Origin: Vicugna vicugna | Lineage: Eukaryota | Direction of reading: 5' to 3' | Length of the DNA: 64,000 nucleotides | NCBI GenBank assembly: GCA_013265495.1 | Contig: MU058839.1 | Coordinates: forward strand, 186,001-250,000 | Part shown: in pieces, positions 1 to 12,939 of the stretch | How the letters are laid out: each line of letters begins with the position of its first letter | Numbering within the stretch: position 1 is the first letter of the stretch | The notes under the pieces: model-generated | Database searches by the model: none | What the model was told of the DNA's origin: nothing | The model's input: the letters and a program-made list of their open reading frames with translations, nothing else | Made by a program: the position numbers and the translations under genes

Positions 1-689
1 ACTTTGATCTAAAAGTTACAATCTCAAGGATATATTATGTTTTACCATCAAAAATAATAATAATTTGTGAGATTACATTATCCTAGAATCCCTCAAAATA
101 AAATCCTGTCCATCAAGTTAGAACTTCAAAGAAAGTAAATCTCAAGGAAAACTTCAAAGTGCAGGCAAGTTTGGAAACATTTTCAACTTCCAGTGCTAAC
201 TATAATTATTGGCCACTTGGAAACTGGCATAGGAACTTCATCAATAGCTCTATCTATAGATACCAATGCCAGTAAGATCATACAAACCCAACCAAGGACG
301 GAAGTTATTTTGAGGAAACTAGAGTTAACCTTATATAATGTTTATTACTTCATTTTTCTCCTTTGGAAAATATACTTTCACAAGATCTTTATGTAAAAGC
401 AACATAATTTTCTTAAAAATTGCAAGGCTATATGAAATGATTAATTCTTACTAAATATCTGAAGAAAAACATCAACTTTAGGATTCTGTAGGCGAAATAA
501 TAATAATGAAAAATACTATAACGTGTGAACACATACATTTTATTTCTATGTTGTTGAAAATGTTCAACAGCAGGATAATTGGCCATAGGGGATGATTCAT
601 ATTAAATAATCAAAAAAGTTCATTCCCTTGCTATTTTATTTTCTAAATCAATCACAAATGAAGCAATCATGAGAGGAGCCACAGAACAT

Positions 690-815
690 GGAATAAAGCT
701 TATAGGCTGTGAAATAAAACAGCTATGAATTCAAGTCTTTGCTCTAGTGTTACTGGTGACGTAACTAACTTCTCTGAACATCACTGTCTTCATTTGTAAA
801 AACAGGAATTATTGA
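690..815 (+). mobile_element. MIR SINE fragment
   Basis: Core-like 'aacttctctgaacatcactgtcttcatttgtaaaaacaggaatta'; approximate ends. Confidence 0.6.
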
Positions 816-2436
816 GAGAGCTCAGAGGAGTCATCTGTAGTACAGGAGATTAACTAGGGTTAACTGGTAGAAATAAAGGAGTTGATCTGATAAAGGGGAG
901 GAGCTGTGTAGATGAACCAGAACACAGGGAGAGACGAAGACAAAACAGGGTGAGAAAAAGGCAGAACAATGGCATGATTTTCATTCTTTTCACCAAGGAG
1001 TGGGAAATCTCAGGAGCAAAGTGGGACTCTGGCCAGGTAGAAATAAAGATCTTGTTCAAAAGTATACAATTACGCCCTCCATCAGGTTGCCCTGACAATA
1101 GAATCCTTGCTTTAACATAACATTACAAAGAAAACAATTCTTTGTAATTGAATTAATGTTGCCTTAAGAACTATCTGGGAGGGAGTTTGAAAGGGGATTA
1201 GATTACAGATAAAATTTATGTCAAAACAGAGAACACGATTATGCAAGAAAGGGTTACCTTGTGTCTGAGCACTGGGAAACATCTGGTACTGCTACTCCTC
1301 GGAGCTGACTTTGGTGAGAGTCAGGGGTAAATAATAAATCAGGTACTGTCTGGCACATCTACACTTTGACACCTAGTCTAATCAGAGTGCTGCTTGAGAA
1401 GGAAACCTCCTAAATTGGGAGCCCTGGACTTGGAAATAGCAGGTTGTAGACGTTTGCAAAACCCAGGCCTCCCCAGAGGGCTCTCTTAGCCCCTTACAAC
1501 TGCCTTGGAGGACGGGGTCTGCCTGGAGGAGAGAGAGCAGAATGGATCTCCAGGGATAATGATGCCAACCTCATAGGGTGTATTGAGTTAACTGAGAAAC
1601 TTATTATAAAAGTACATAGCATATTAGTGCATAACAAGTTTGGTTTCCTCACGACCTAAAGCATTTGTCATGGGTTACACATCAACTTTCACTTAAAGTT
1701 GTTTTCATGTTTTAACCTTAGCCCACCCTTCAGGGCAATATAAGATATATGTGTTTATATGTTGCCAAAATCAGACAAGTCAACATTTTTGCCTTGCAAA
1801 CTTATTTGAAGTTTAAACTGCTTACCCAAAATTTAATCTATACTTTTAGGGGCTTAAGAGTTTTCACATGAAAGCCTTAAAATATCACAGAGATTTTCTA
1901 GAGTGAAGAAACAAAAAGCACTATAATAATTGACTTTCTTACTCTCTCTGCCCTGAGACAGTGAGAATGTATCTTGCTAATCTTTGTGTACAAAGCCTGT
2001 AGTTCCTTAAAGATTCTGTTGTTGTTGCTGAATGAAGGAATAAAGAGAAAAAGAAAAGCCAATTGAGAAACGATATCTACTTTGGGGATTTCAGATATAA
2101 GGCTCCAAAGACCTTTACTTTTAAAAAACCATTCTTCCCTTTTCAGTTCTAAATATTAAGCAAACCATACAAAACTACATGCTCATGGAATCTCACTGAA
2201 ACCTGAAGTATTCTTCAGGAAAACTAGAAGAATTAAAGAGATTATGAGAAAGAGACCAGAGCATGGTGATAAACTCAGTGTACCATATTTATTGGCTCGT
2301 TTTAAATGGCTGTGATCTTTAAAAGATTGCATTTTACTATAGCAACTGAAAATGCCATTAACTATGTAAGTATTTAACTATTTCTGGTCTCAGGATTTCA
2401 TAACAGAGTTTGCCTTTCATCAATAAGTAAAATTTT

Positions 2437-2730
2437 ATAAGTCAGGCAGGGAAAGATAAATACTATATGACATCACTTATATATGAACTCTGAGAAATAA
2501 TACAAATGAATCTATATGGTGTAGACTCACAGACATAAAAAAACAAATTTATGGTTACCAAACAGGATGGGAAGAGGAACAAATTAGGAGTGTGGGATTA
2601 ACAAATACAAACTACTATCCATAAAATAGATAAGCAACAAATATTTACTGTATAATACAGGGAATAATATTCAATATCTTATAATAACCTATAATGGAGA
2701 ATAATCTGAAAAAATATGTGTATATATATA
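2437..2730 (+). mobile_element. L1 3' UTR fragment (cetartiodactyl type)
   Basis: 'gactcacagacataaaaaaacaaatttatggttacc...acagggaataatattcaatatcttataataacctataatgga'; antisense to the L1 ends at 26030 and 40298. Confidence 0.85.
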
Positions 2731-3456
2731 TATTAATTTAATTAATTAATTTTAATTAATTTCTTCTAAGTCCAGACCTGGTCTCTCATCATTCATGTTT
2801 AAATTCACTTTTGGATAAATTATTCCTAAGTATTCAGTCAGCTTGTATTATGTTAGTGATTTACACCTAGCTTTATCTCTCTCTCAAGTTTATCACAGTG
2901 TGGCTTGCTGTATATTAAAATTTGGCTCTGCAGGGAGCACCATGATAATTTGGCTTGTTGCAGGAAAGGGAAATATGTGGTGTAGATAACATCATTGGGA
3001 AGTTGTGTGTTAGTTTGCTTTGAGAGATGAGTCTAATTCTCCCATGCATGGGGCTTAATTGGATTTTAAAGTTTGCTATTGCTAAAGCACAGCTGTAGAA
3101 AACTTTGGGGCCTAGCATAAGCTTGTCTTTATGTTATTAACAGATAGAGAGACTAAAATATTAGTCTAGTTAGTGAATTTGTCTGCTTATGGACATACTT
3201 CATGGTTCATGACACAGATAGCAAGGGTCAGTAGAATTGTCACATCAGCAATGCTGCCTCCAAAGGTTTCTCAAGGAAGGACATTAGCGCCATGTAGCAT
3301 GGCAATGAGAAAAATGTGGATTTAGAATTATAGAACTGGATTTGTGTCTTGTTCCTTGTTACTATTGGTAGAGCCCTGGATAATTTACTTAATCATCATG
3401 TAAGTCTTCATTTCTTTACCCATAAAGTGAGAGTAACAGCATACATCCTACTTAAC

Positions 3457-3796
3457 AGTCTTAGTCCATTCAGTCTGCTACAACAAAATACCAGGGACTG
3501 GGTGGCTTATAGACAACAGAAATTTATTTCTTAGAGTTTTGGAAGCTGCCTTTCCAAGATCATGATGCCAGCATGGTCAGATGAGGGCCCTCGACTATGT
3601 TGCAGACTTCTTGTATTCCCACGTGAAGAAAGGGCAGAGGGGCTCTCTGGATCTTCTTTTATAAGAGGACTAAACTCATTTATAAGGGCTTCACTCTCAT
3701 GACCTGACCACCTCCCAAAGGGTAGACTTTCATCATTTTTGGAGTTAGAATTTCCATTTTTGAGTTTTGGAAAGATACGTACATTCAGACAATAGC
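3457..3796 (-). mobile_element. MaLR solo LTR (MLT1A-like) inside a MIR
   Basis: 'tcttagtccattcagtctgctacaacaaaatacc' to 'cattcagacaatagca'; MIR-like sequence on both sides (~3310-3450, ~3800-3850). Confidence 0.8.
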
Positions 3797-3859
3797 ACTA
3801 ACTTAAGGGGCCAGTTTGAGACTCAGATGGTATAAAGCACTTACATTACACTTATTCAT

Positions 3860-4030
3860 CCCCATGTCTCTCCTATAAATGAAATGCCTAATAGGCTGTG
3901 CCTAGTTCAGCTTTCTAAGTCTCAGTGCCTAACCCTGTGCCTGGAAGTCAAAGTATATTCCACAAATGTTGGATGAATGGATACATCAATGAACAAATGA
4001 TGAAACAGAAGAATGAATAAATGAATGATA
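3860..4030 (+). mobile_element. L2 3' end
   Basis: Ends in a degenerate (tgaa)n tail after 'aaatgttggatgaatgg'. Confidence 0.65.
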
Positions 4031-5560
4031 GTCATGGCATAGGTAGAAATATTGTTCAACACTAGCTCAAGGACATTCTGAGACTGAATAATATTTTAAC
4101 AATATCTCAGAACTTAGAATCCCTGTATCTAATGCTGTATGTTTTTTTCTGGGCTTCTCTTAGTAGAAAAGAAGATGAATAGCAGGATTTGGGAAGAAGC
4201 GCAAATCTCTTAGTGAAGAAACAGCCAAGAAAATTTCTGCTCTCCTAGTGCAAAGAGGGACACTAATTAAAGGTAAGACATGGGCAAGAAGTAGAATGGA
4301 GAACTTGTATGAATAAACTGTATCATAATTAACACTTAGTAATTTATCTAAGTTTTAGAGGATGACTGTCTTGTTGCAGAGACCCTTGAGTTATTTAAAG
4401 TATTTCTGAAGAAAACCTTTGAAGTCCCTGGAGATGATGTTTTTAACCTTTTTATAAAGATTCTTTCCAACCCCATTCAGAGTCTCTGTACAGGGTTCTA
4501 TGATAGAGCATATACGACTGTTGTCTAGGAAAATGAGAATGGATTTAGGTAAACCTGAGACGATCCTGCCTATTTATAGTGACATCAGTGGTGGTGGTTG
4601 TGGGAAAGGAGATCTCCTGCTGTGGAAAAATATTCTGCATGTGTGATTACGTGGTTTCCAGAATTACGCACTCTGAGTTTTTTATTTCATCTTTGTTTAA
4701 TCTTTCTTTGTTTAATCATTTGCAGTGAGGAAAAATAGCTCTCTGATTACTGTTTTAAAATCATGGCAAACATAGATTCCAATATATATACAAAATTTTG
4801 TATACATGTTTGAATGGGGAAGTAAATATTGCCAGGGGAGGAGAGAGGTGTCGGAGGATTTTGATACAGTACCGTAATATATGATATTCTTCTTGGTTCT
4901 ATTACTCATGGCTGTAACTACATAGAATGCATCATAGAAACATCCTTACATGTTCATCCAGCCACAAGTACAAGCATGAAGCACATTTCCGCCATGAACC
5001 TCTGCAGTTTGTGTCGGGGAAAAGAATACAGAACTAGGAAGACGTCTCTGATCATGATCACATTTGGATTTTCTCTGAATACCATATAAGAGGAGGCTGT
5101 TCTCAGCTTTGTGCCAATGATTTAGGACCTGGAGGCAAGGGGAGAATAGAGAGACTGAACCCTGGTTTCCCCTCATTAAAAATATTCTGTTTTGGCTTTC
5201 CCACCCAGAGTACATGGAACAAACCAAAATTACCACTACAATTTCTAAACTGGTAGTAAAGCTAATAGTCTACTGTGGGATGGGGCAGGATGGGGATCTT
5301 CATTGCCCCTTCCCATTCATGAGCATAAACACTGGCCCTGTAGGTTTGCTGGAGAAGACAACCAGTAATGAACTTATTACAGAAATAAACACAGCAGTCC
5401 AATGGAAATGGGCAAAGAACATGAGCTGAGAGTCCACATATACTCAAAAAGCTAATGGCTTTTAAATACATAAAAATAAATTAGATCTCTCTGATAAAGA
5501 GTATCAAAGAAAACTACAGTGAGATACCATTTTCATATGGCAGATATGAAACCCAGTGGA

Positions 5561-5639
5561 ATGGTTCAATGGTTCAGTGGTTCAAACCAATGAAATGGTT
5601 CAACACAATGTAATGGTTCAAACCCAACGAAATTGTTCA
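5561..5639. repeat. Degenerate ATGGTTCA tandem array
   Basis: Six copies of an (a/g)tggttca-like core. Confidence 0.8.
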
Positions 5640-5826
5640 TTGGTTGGATGTGGATCAAGGTGCTATTGTAGTGGGATAGAGATTGATAAAATTCTTTGGA
5701 AGTCTATTTGGAAATGTTTACCAAAATGTAAAATGAACATAGCAAAATTCATAATGCACACACATCTCTAGGATTTTTTTAATATATATAATCACCCTAA
5801 TGTACAAAACCATATGTATGATGATA

Positions 5827-6315
5827 CAGATCTTCCTTGACTTATGGTGGTATTACCTCCTAATAAAGCCATCATAAACTGAAAATATTATAGGTTGACA
5901 ATGCATTTAATACACAACCTACTGATCATCATAGCTTAACTTACCCTACATTAAATGTGTTCAGAACACTTACATTAGCCTATAGTTGGGAAAATCACCT
6001 AATACAAAGCCTATTTTATAATAAAGTGTAGAATATCTCATGTAGTTTATAGAATGCTGTTCTGAAAGTGAAAAAGAGAATGATTGTGTGGGTACAAAAT
6101 GGTTGAGAGTGTAACAATTGCTTACCCTCATGATCTTGTGGCTGAATGAGAGCTGCGGCTCAGTGCCACTGCCCAGCATCATAAGAGAGTGTTCTACTGC
6201 ATATTGCAAGCCCCGGAAACAATCAAAGCTCAAAATTCAAAGTATAGTTCCTACTGAATGTGTATGGCTTTCGTGCCATTGTAAAGTTGGAAAATTGTAA
6301 GTCTGGGACCATCTG
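5827..6315 (+). mobile_element. TcMar-Tigger non-autonomous element (MER47/Tigger5b-like)
   Basis: Termini cagat...atctg flanked by TA on both sides; internal 'cagaacacttacattagcctatagttggg' and 'aaagcctattttataataaagtg' typical of MER47/Tigger5. Confidence 0.9.
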
Positions 6316-6328
6316 TATTCATTATAGC

Positions 6329-7010
6329 TGTGGGTTCTGTCCAGCAGAAGTCCCACCAGGGTGGAATGAATTACTTTGGACTCTCTGGAAAGTCAAGAGA
6401 GCGAAAGGGAGTCGGAGACCAACTCCCCGAGCCTCTCAAACACTCCCATATTTATTGTACACAATCAAAGAGAAGATCACAAACAATTGTGTCATGGAAC
6501 ACAGGAGCTTAAGGAAAAACAGGATTGGGTAGAGATCATAAATTCCACAATGGGTACAAAGGCTTAATTTATCCTCAGGGCAGTCATGAGGAGAGAGGAG
6601 TAAGGTACATTCTTCAGATATAAGAAGTTGATTACAAAACAGACCACCAGACCGCCAGTTTCTTCTCTTGGAGGTCATAGACTATCTAAACAGCAGAAAG
6701 CATGCCCAGTGTTTATAGCTGAGGGCATGGGTCATCGCTTTGCAACAAGCAGAGTAAACCCTGAACTATGGACCTATGCTTATGATAAACAAGCCATGCC
6801 CTGCGTTTATAGCAAGGGACACACAATGGCTTTACCACTGCGGAAGCAGCCCTAAACTAAAACCTCAAATATACAAGTAAGTCATTGTCTCTGCTTTTTA
6901 TGGCAAGGAGACAGGAGTGCAGATGCACAGGCGCCTGCTAGCAAAGAAGTTACTAAGCACATTTGTTCTTCACAAGTGGCTGGGGTCTGGGCCAATCATG
7001 GGCTCCCACA
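6329..7010 (-). mobile_element. ERV solo LTR, 682 bp, family not recognised
   Basis: Termini tgtggg...cccaca; flanks atagc/gtagc (5-bp TSD, one mismatch); minus-strand AATAAA at 6451-6456. Confidence 0.8.
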
Positions 7011-7199
7011 GTAGCACTGAATACTATTTGTAAGAACAAGAGAATGCAGACAATCTAAACATCTGACAGTAGTCAAATACTTAAATAAACCAAATGCCTG
7101 TGTAATAGAATATCATGCAGTCATTAAGAAGGAGGCTCTGATTATGACTGACTTCCAAGATGTTTTGTTAAATGAAATAAATTAAGTACAAAAGAGTGC

Positions 7200-7764
7200 A
7201 GATATTCTGCCACATTCCCCTGTTCACCATTCTCCAGCCATACTGGCCTTGCTCTCTTCTAGGTTTGCTGAGCTCATTTCAGCCTCAGGACCTTTGTATT
7301 TGCCATTCTTTCTGTCTAGAATGTCTTGCTAATTTTCACATAGTTGTCTTTTCTGCTCATCTTTCAAGTCTTAGTGCAAATTCCTTCTTCTTAGACCAAC
7401 CTTCTAGTTCCCAGTAGACTTATCTTATTGAAAGAATTAGCCTATTTAGCTTGAAACTGTGTAATATAACTAATATGTTGGTGAGATAGAGTCCATAATA
7501 GCTAGAGTGCCACACCCTGTCACTTGTATTGAGTTGCCCTGTTTGAATTTCTTCATAGGACTTAGCAGTGTTAGAAAACATCTTATTTTAGAAGTTGTTT
7601 TATATGTTTACTACTATCCCTTCCCTCTTGCACACACTCCAACTTATTGGAATTTAAGCTTCTTAAGGACAGGAATTTTGTCATGTTCATCCCTATGCCA
7701 CTAATATTTAGAGCTGTGCCAAATACAGAGTAGACTTACAATAAATATTGAATGAATGAATAAA
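7200..7764 (+). mobile_element. L2 3' end
   Basis: 'ctccagccatactggcct...cagcctcaggacctttgtatttgc', ending 'caataaatattgaatgaatgaa'. Confidence 0.8.
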
Positions 7765-8036
7765 GGAAATACCCATATATGCAAAAAATATCTCTGGAAA
7801 GTACTGAAGAGAATGTTAGGCTGGTTATTCTGAGGAACAGGAAAGACATTCATGTTCTAATTTGAGCATGAGAGACAAACTAGGTGAGACACCATGCCTG
7901 ACTCAGGTCTATTTGATAGGCAAAGTGGGGTAGGGCCTTTGTCAGCCTATCAGTATAATGCCTCCTTAATAACCTTCATTTTATATTCATACAAAAATTG
8001 CATACCTGCTACAAAAGCAGAATTGTAGTATTTGCA

Positions 8037-8156
8037 GGGGAGGGTATAACTCAGTGGTAGAGTGTGTGCTTAGCATGCGTGAGGTTCTGGGTTCAATCCT
8101 CAATACCTCTGTTTAAAAAAATAAATAAATAAAGTTAATTACCTCCCTACCAAAAA
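8037..8156 (+). mobile_element. tRNA-Ala-derived SINE (camelid vic-1-like)
   Basis: A box 'taactcagtggtaga', 'cttagcatg', B box 'ggttcaatcc', A-rich linker, then 'taattacctccc' tail shared with the copy at 19968. Confidence 0.9.
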
Positions 8157-8164
8157 ATATATAT

Positions 8165-8775
8165 ATGTGTGTGTGTGTCTCAGCTCCAAGCCCACCTTCT
8201 ATCCTGGTGGACTGGGATTGCTCAAACTACATCTCCAAGACTCCCTTACCATCTGGCTTTGTATTAGGTTCTACCAGTGGGAATTAAAGAGGATTATTGG
8301 AGGTAGTAAGGAGGGGAGAAGAAGCTTATTTTCTACTTCCTGTCAGCAGTCTTCAACAATAGCCCACAGTTGGCTACAACTTCCACCTTTTTCAAGTGCT
8401 CACAGTTCCATTCTCACCAAGCTGCCTAGTAGTAGCCAAGCTGAGACCCTTGGAAGCCCTAGAAGGAGGCACACTGCAATCTCTTACCAACTGTGCTGCT
8501 CCTCCTGAGCCCTGGGAGAACCCACTTGGCCATGCCCCTCCTCAGAGGTTCCAGCACCAGAGGCCCAAGCACTAGCTCTGTAGGGCCCTCCTCCTGGCTC
8601 ACAGATTCTGATTAAAGGCCTCTTTCCCATACTCTCCATGCTTGAGAGTCATAGCCACTTCCTACTCTCTGTAATATCTGGGTACCTCAGCATCCTCCTT
8701 TTGCTCTTTCAGCCTTCTGACTGCTGCATAACCGGATCCCTCTAATTCTAGCTATTAAGGTTTCTGTTTTCCTTC
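8165..8775 (+). mobile_element. ERVL solo LTR (LTR33-like)
   Basis: 'ctcagctccaagcccaccttc', 'actacatctccaagactcccttaccatctggc', 'ttaggttctacca'. Confidence 0.6.
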
Positions 8776-8839
8776 TCGGAAGGAAGTGCTTGTTCTGGGT
8801 CTTCTTCCCTTGGTCTGTATTCTTTCCCTGGGGTGATCT

Positions 8840-9742
8840 TTGTCTAGCTTGACTGGTTTATATCCCTCAGGATGCATATCAAACTTTCTATTTGCTATTT
8901 ACATCTTAAAGTCTAATAGACATCTCAAATTTAGGTTGTCAAAAAATAAACTCCTGATGCACCAGTCTATTCCTCTGTTAGCGTTCTCTGTCTCAGTAAT
9001 GGTACCTCTACCCATTCATTTGTTCAATACAAAATTCTAGAAGTCATCTTTGCTTCCTATCCTTCCCTGATTATTCACATCCAGTGCATCAATATGTCAT
9101 GTTGTTTCCACTCTTTTCCTTTCCATCTCTTATGTCATTACCCTAGTTTAGATTACCATTATCTGTCACTTCAGTTCCCTTCTAAGTCGTCTCTATCTTT
9201 CAACTATTGCCTTCCTAGAGTTGTTTTTCTACATCATAGCCATAATATTTTTTTAAGTAAATCACAAAGAAAATGAAATCCAGACAACTTACCATGACCC
9301 TATAGGATCTGGTTCCTGCCAGCACTTCCCACCTCATCTTCTATCATGGTCTGTTTGAATTACCTGTGCTGTAGACTCAGAGACCTCTTTTTTGTCTCAT
9401 TCCACATCAAGCTCTTTATAGACTGAGGTCCTTTGAATTCACTGCCTCTTCTACCAAGAAGCTTCTTCTACTGTTTGTTCACATGTCATCCTCAGGGAAG
9501 TTTTCCTAACCACCAATTCTAGAGTAGCCTTCCGTCCCTAATTTCTCTCTATTGTAGAGTCCAGTTTATCTCCTTAATACTCTTATCTTGTTTATTGGTC
9601 CTTTCCTTTGTTTGTTGTCCAGCTATATGGGGTAGTGGCCGTGCTATTTACTATTGCAGCCCCAGCATCTCCCGCACCTGGAACAATCTCTGTTCCCCAA
9701 AAAGTGCTCAGTAGATATTTGCTGACCAAATTAATGAATGAA
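8840..9742 (+). mobile_element. L2 fragment with 3' end
   Basis: 'gtctaatagacatctcaaa', 'gtgctcagtagatatttgctgaccaaattaatgaatgaa'. Confidence 0.8.
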
Positions 9743-11329
9743 TGTTTTTAGTATTCTCTTGTTTAAAATACTCCAACATCAAAGTATATAACGTTTTCCA
9801 CCCACTACATTGGAGTGAAAATCTATAGCATTAGATTTGTCTTCCACCAACTATACTTTCCTATCACACTTCCTAGGAAATGCCTTGAGTAAAAGCAGCT
9901 TAGGGGATCAAGACTTGATAACATGGCTAACATTTTCTTTGGATAAATAATACATGAATATAAGTCAAAGATGAAGACACACCAGAATGTACAAGATTTT
10001 CACAACAGCAAGATTCATGGCCTTTAAAAATATGTAGAACAAGATGAAACAAATGTTTTCAGTAGATGTTCAGGTGCTCTTTTCTAAAAATAACATACGT
10101 AACCACAAATCAATGCTTAAAGCCAGATGGTTAATGAAGGCCAGCCAGGAAACTCCTATAATTCACAGTAATGAGTATGATAATGAGTTCCCATTATAAA
10201 CCAAACTGCAATGTGACACACTGTATCTGTTTCAAATAAGAGTAATTTGATTGTTTCATATTTTTCAAAGCTCCAAAGCTTAATTTAATTTAGAAAGTCT
10301 GATTGATAGAGCTAATCATGCCCAATTAGCAAAAAAGGAAGGTGGCCTAAATTTCATTAATAAGACCTATTCTAATGTCAGATGTCATTAGAAGGAAAAC
10401 AATATTCAAACTCAAATGAAAACCTAGATCTTAAAAACATGAAAGAAGTCCCATTACTATGCTTGAAAAGAAATGTTTTTTCTCCAAATCTTTGATGTCT
10501 TTATAAATAGGACCCTACGAAAGGTAGGTTCTGTTGAACTGAATGCTTTAGGGACTTGGCCACTAAGAAAAGATGCCAGGGATTAAATTTTATTATAGTG
10601 TCAAAAAATGTTTATTTTTACACTTAAAATTCACCTTGATCTCAGAGAAGTAGTCTGAAAGGACATTCCCAGTTATCCACAGTGACATGGGCAGAACATG
10701 ACATTGCTTTGCAGACCATTTAATATGATTACACAGACAGGTTCTGCTCTTGAGTGACATGTCGCACTGGGCCTTCTTGTGAAAGGATGGAATGTTAAGG
10801 GTCAAGAACTGAGAAAGCAAGGGCTCTAATACCCATCATTATTCCCATCTAATGTGAGGTTGGCTGCCTACACATCATACGTTTGGAATACAAGACGTTA
10901 TAATTAATGTGTATGTTTGATGCTCCATATTTTTGTGTTATTTTTATTAAACTATCATTTGCTCTTAGAAATTCTAAACCACATTTTTCCCCCAAATGTG
11001 ACAAGGCTATAGGCAGACATGCTTGCACAAATTCTGATCTTTTAAGATTTCTGAGTCAACCTCAGTCATATTTACTGAGGCCTGGAGGCTTATTTTCCAA
11101 AGTGTGTAAGACAGAGTCTCTGATCTGGAAACGAAAAGACAATTGAAGATTTGAGTACTATATTGAAAACTGAAGAATTAAGTAAATTTAGCCTTTTTCT
11201 ACCACTCAGCTCCCCACATGCCAGGCCTTCACTATCCCAGGAAGAGATTACAGGTATCTATAAAAATAAAACAGATTCAAATGAAAGTTCCAAAGATGCT
11301 AACATCAAAATTTCTTGAGTAAATAACCC

Positions 11330-12345
11330 AACCTGATCACCCTAAATGGAGCTCACAATCTGTAAGGCCCATTAATGCACTCAAAGGGACCAGTGAGTTA
11401 TTTAACATACCTCAAACTATGAAAAGACAATATATGTCAAATGTGAGAAGACAATAAAAACATATATGCATATACAATTATATATAAAGTATTAAAACAT
11501 ATGAGATGACAATAATACTATAAAATGAGAGAAGACAACTAAGGGTTATCAGACATTGGAAGCCAGCATACAATTTGAAAGGTAGAGACCAAAAAAAAAT
11601 AGATTTAAAGCAACTTGGAGACAACAGAGATTATGCAAGAAAAAGGAAACCTGAAAATAAGAACAAAACAATATTAGTATCTACAGAGAGATGAGCGATT
11701 ATGCAACCAAAACCATGAACAGGATACTATAGTAAAGAAACAGATTACAAAGAAGAGCTTTTACAAACGGAAAGCATTATAACTAAAAATGAAAACTCAA
11801 TAGAAGGATGTTCAGGAAGACTCAAGAGAAAATTTAGTCAACTGCTGAAGAGTGAGAGGTCGAATAGCGATTAAACACATAAAAAATGAAGCAAACGAAA
11901 ACAATTATAACTCCAGGGAAAACACAAAGTTGTACAGGAAAGGAGTCGTACTCAAAGTTTACTACATGTCTCAGCTAAAAATAGTCATGACATTGTACTA
12001 ATATGCAATATTAATTTAACCAAAATTACAATATAAATCTACTAGAAGAAAAGGGAATGAGAAGACTATGCATGTGTGGAGAGGGAAGGAAGGAGAGAAG
12101 GAGAGAAAGAGAGACACATAGTCTCGTCTTTAGAGTGGAAAGCCAGTTAACAATGCCAGAAACTGATAGCATCTGAAGCTAAATGACAACATAATGACAT
12201 GAAAGAGATGAAAGCAATTAATTCTGGGGAGGACAAAATGTTAAGGAGTGGAACAATGCCGTGTTTCATAGCAAACCATGGAAATTATAGTCTTTAGATA
12301 TTGTATATGATTAACCTTAACAAAAACAAAAACAAAAACTAAAAG
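11330..12345 (+). mobile_element. Highly diverged L1M-like fragment
   Basis: A-rich strand skew, 'aaaaatgaaaactcaatagaagg'; subfamily not assignable. Confidence 0.45.
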
Positions 12346-12939
12346 GAAAGGAGGATGAGGCAAGGGTGGAGGCAGTGACAAGCCTCAGTAACCAGTACTT
12401 ACAGGGGAAAGAGATCTGGGTTGGTAATGGGTGGTCCATCCTCGCGTGTCTTCACACCGGTTCACACTGGGAAGAGAAAATGTCAGTGACCACGTGGTGA
12501 GTGGAGGCACATGACAGAGTACAAGCGTCATCAGTAGGACTTGAGGATTCTTGGCCTCCAGACATATCTCGTTTGTTAATTCCAGACTCTGCCTCTACGT
12601 AAACGGGTGACCTTGGACAAGTTAGCTAGGTTCTGCAAGCCCTGGCAGCCCAGCTGTTTCTCATTCATTTTGAATTCTTCACAGCTTGTAGCAGACAGCT
12701 TTCTAGAGAGTAAGCACCCAGATGCTTCTTTATGGATTATTTGGATTGCTATTTTCTTTGGGAAAATGTTCCCTATATTTAAACAAATATGTAAAATACA
12801 TTTTTGTAGGATAACCTGTTTAGAAACTGATAAGACAATAGAGATTGTTCCAAGTAATCACCACTTGGAGTTTAACCCAAACACGGCCAAAATGCTTTTA
12901 AAATTTCTCTGTTGTACTTACCTTCAAAAGCCAAAATAG

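Larger units (their letters stand above)
5370..7195 (+). mobile_element. Ancient L1M (L1ME-like) fragment split by two insertions
   Basis: 'aaatgggcaaagaacatga', 'gagataccattttc'; resumes after 7010 with 'gaatatcatgcagtcattaa'. Confidence 0.65.

Noticed and set aside
5561..5639. CRISPR-like repeat-spacer array
   Set aside because: Eukaryotic DNA with 8-bp cores and related 0-11 bp spacers; this is a simple slippage repeat
6260..6855. Cluster of overlapping ORFs as a retroviral accessory gene
   Set aside because: Short frames on both strands of a solo LTR with no recognisable homology
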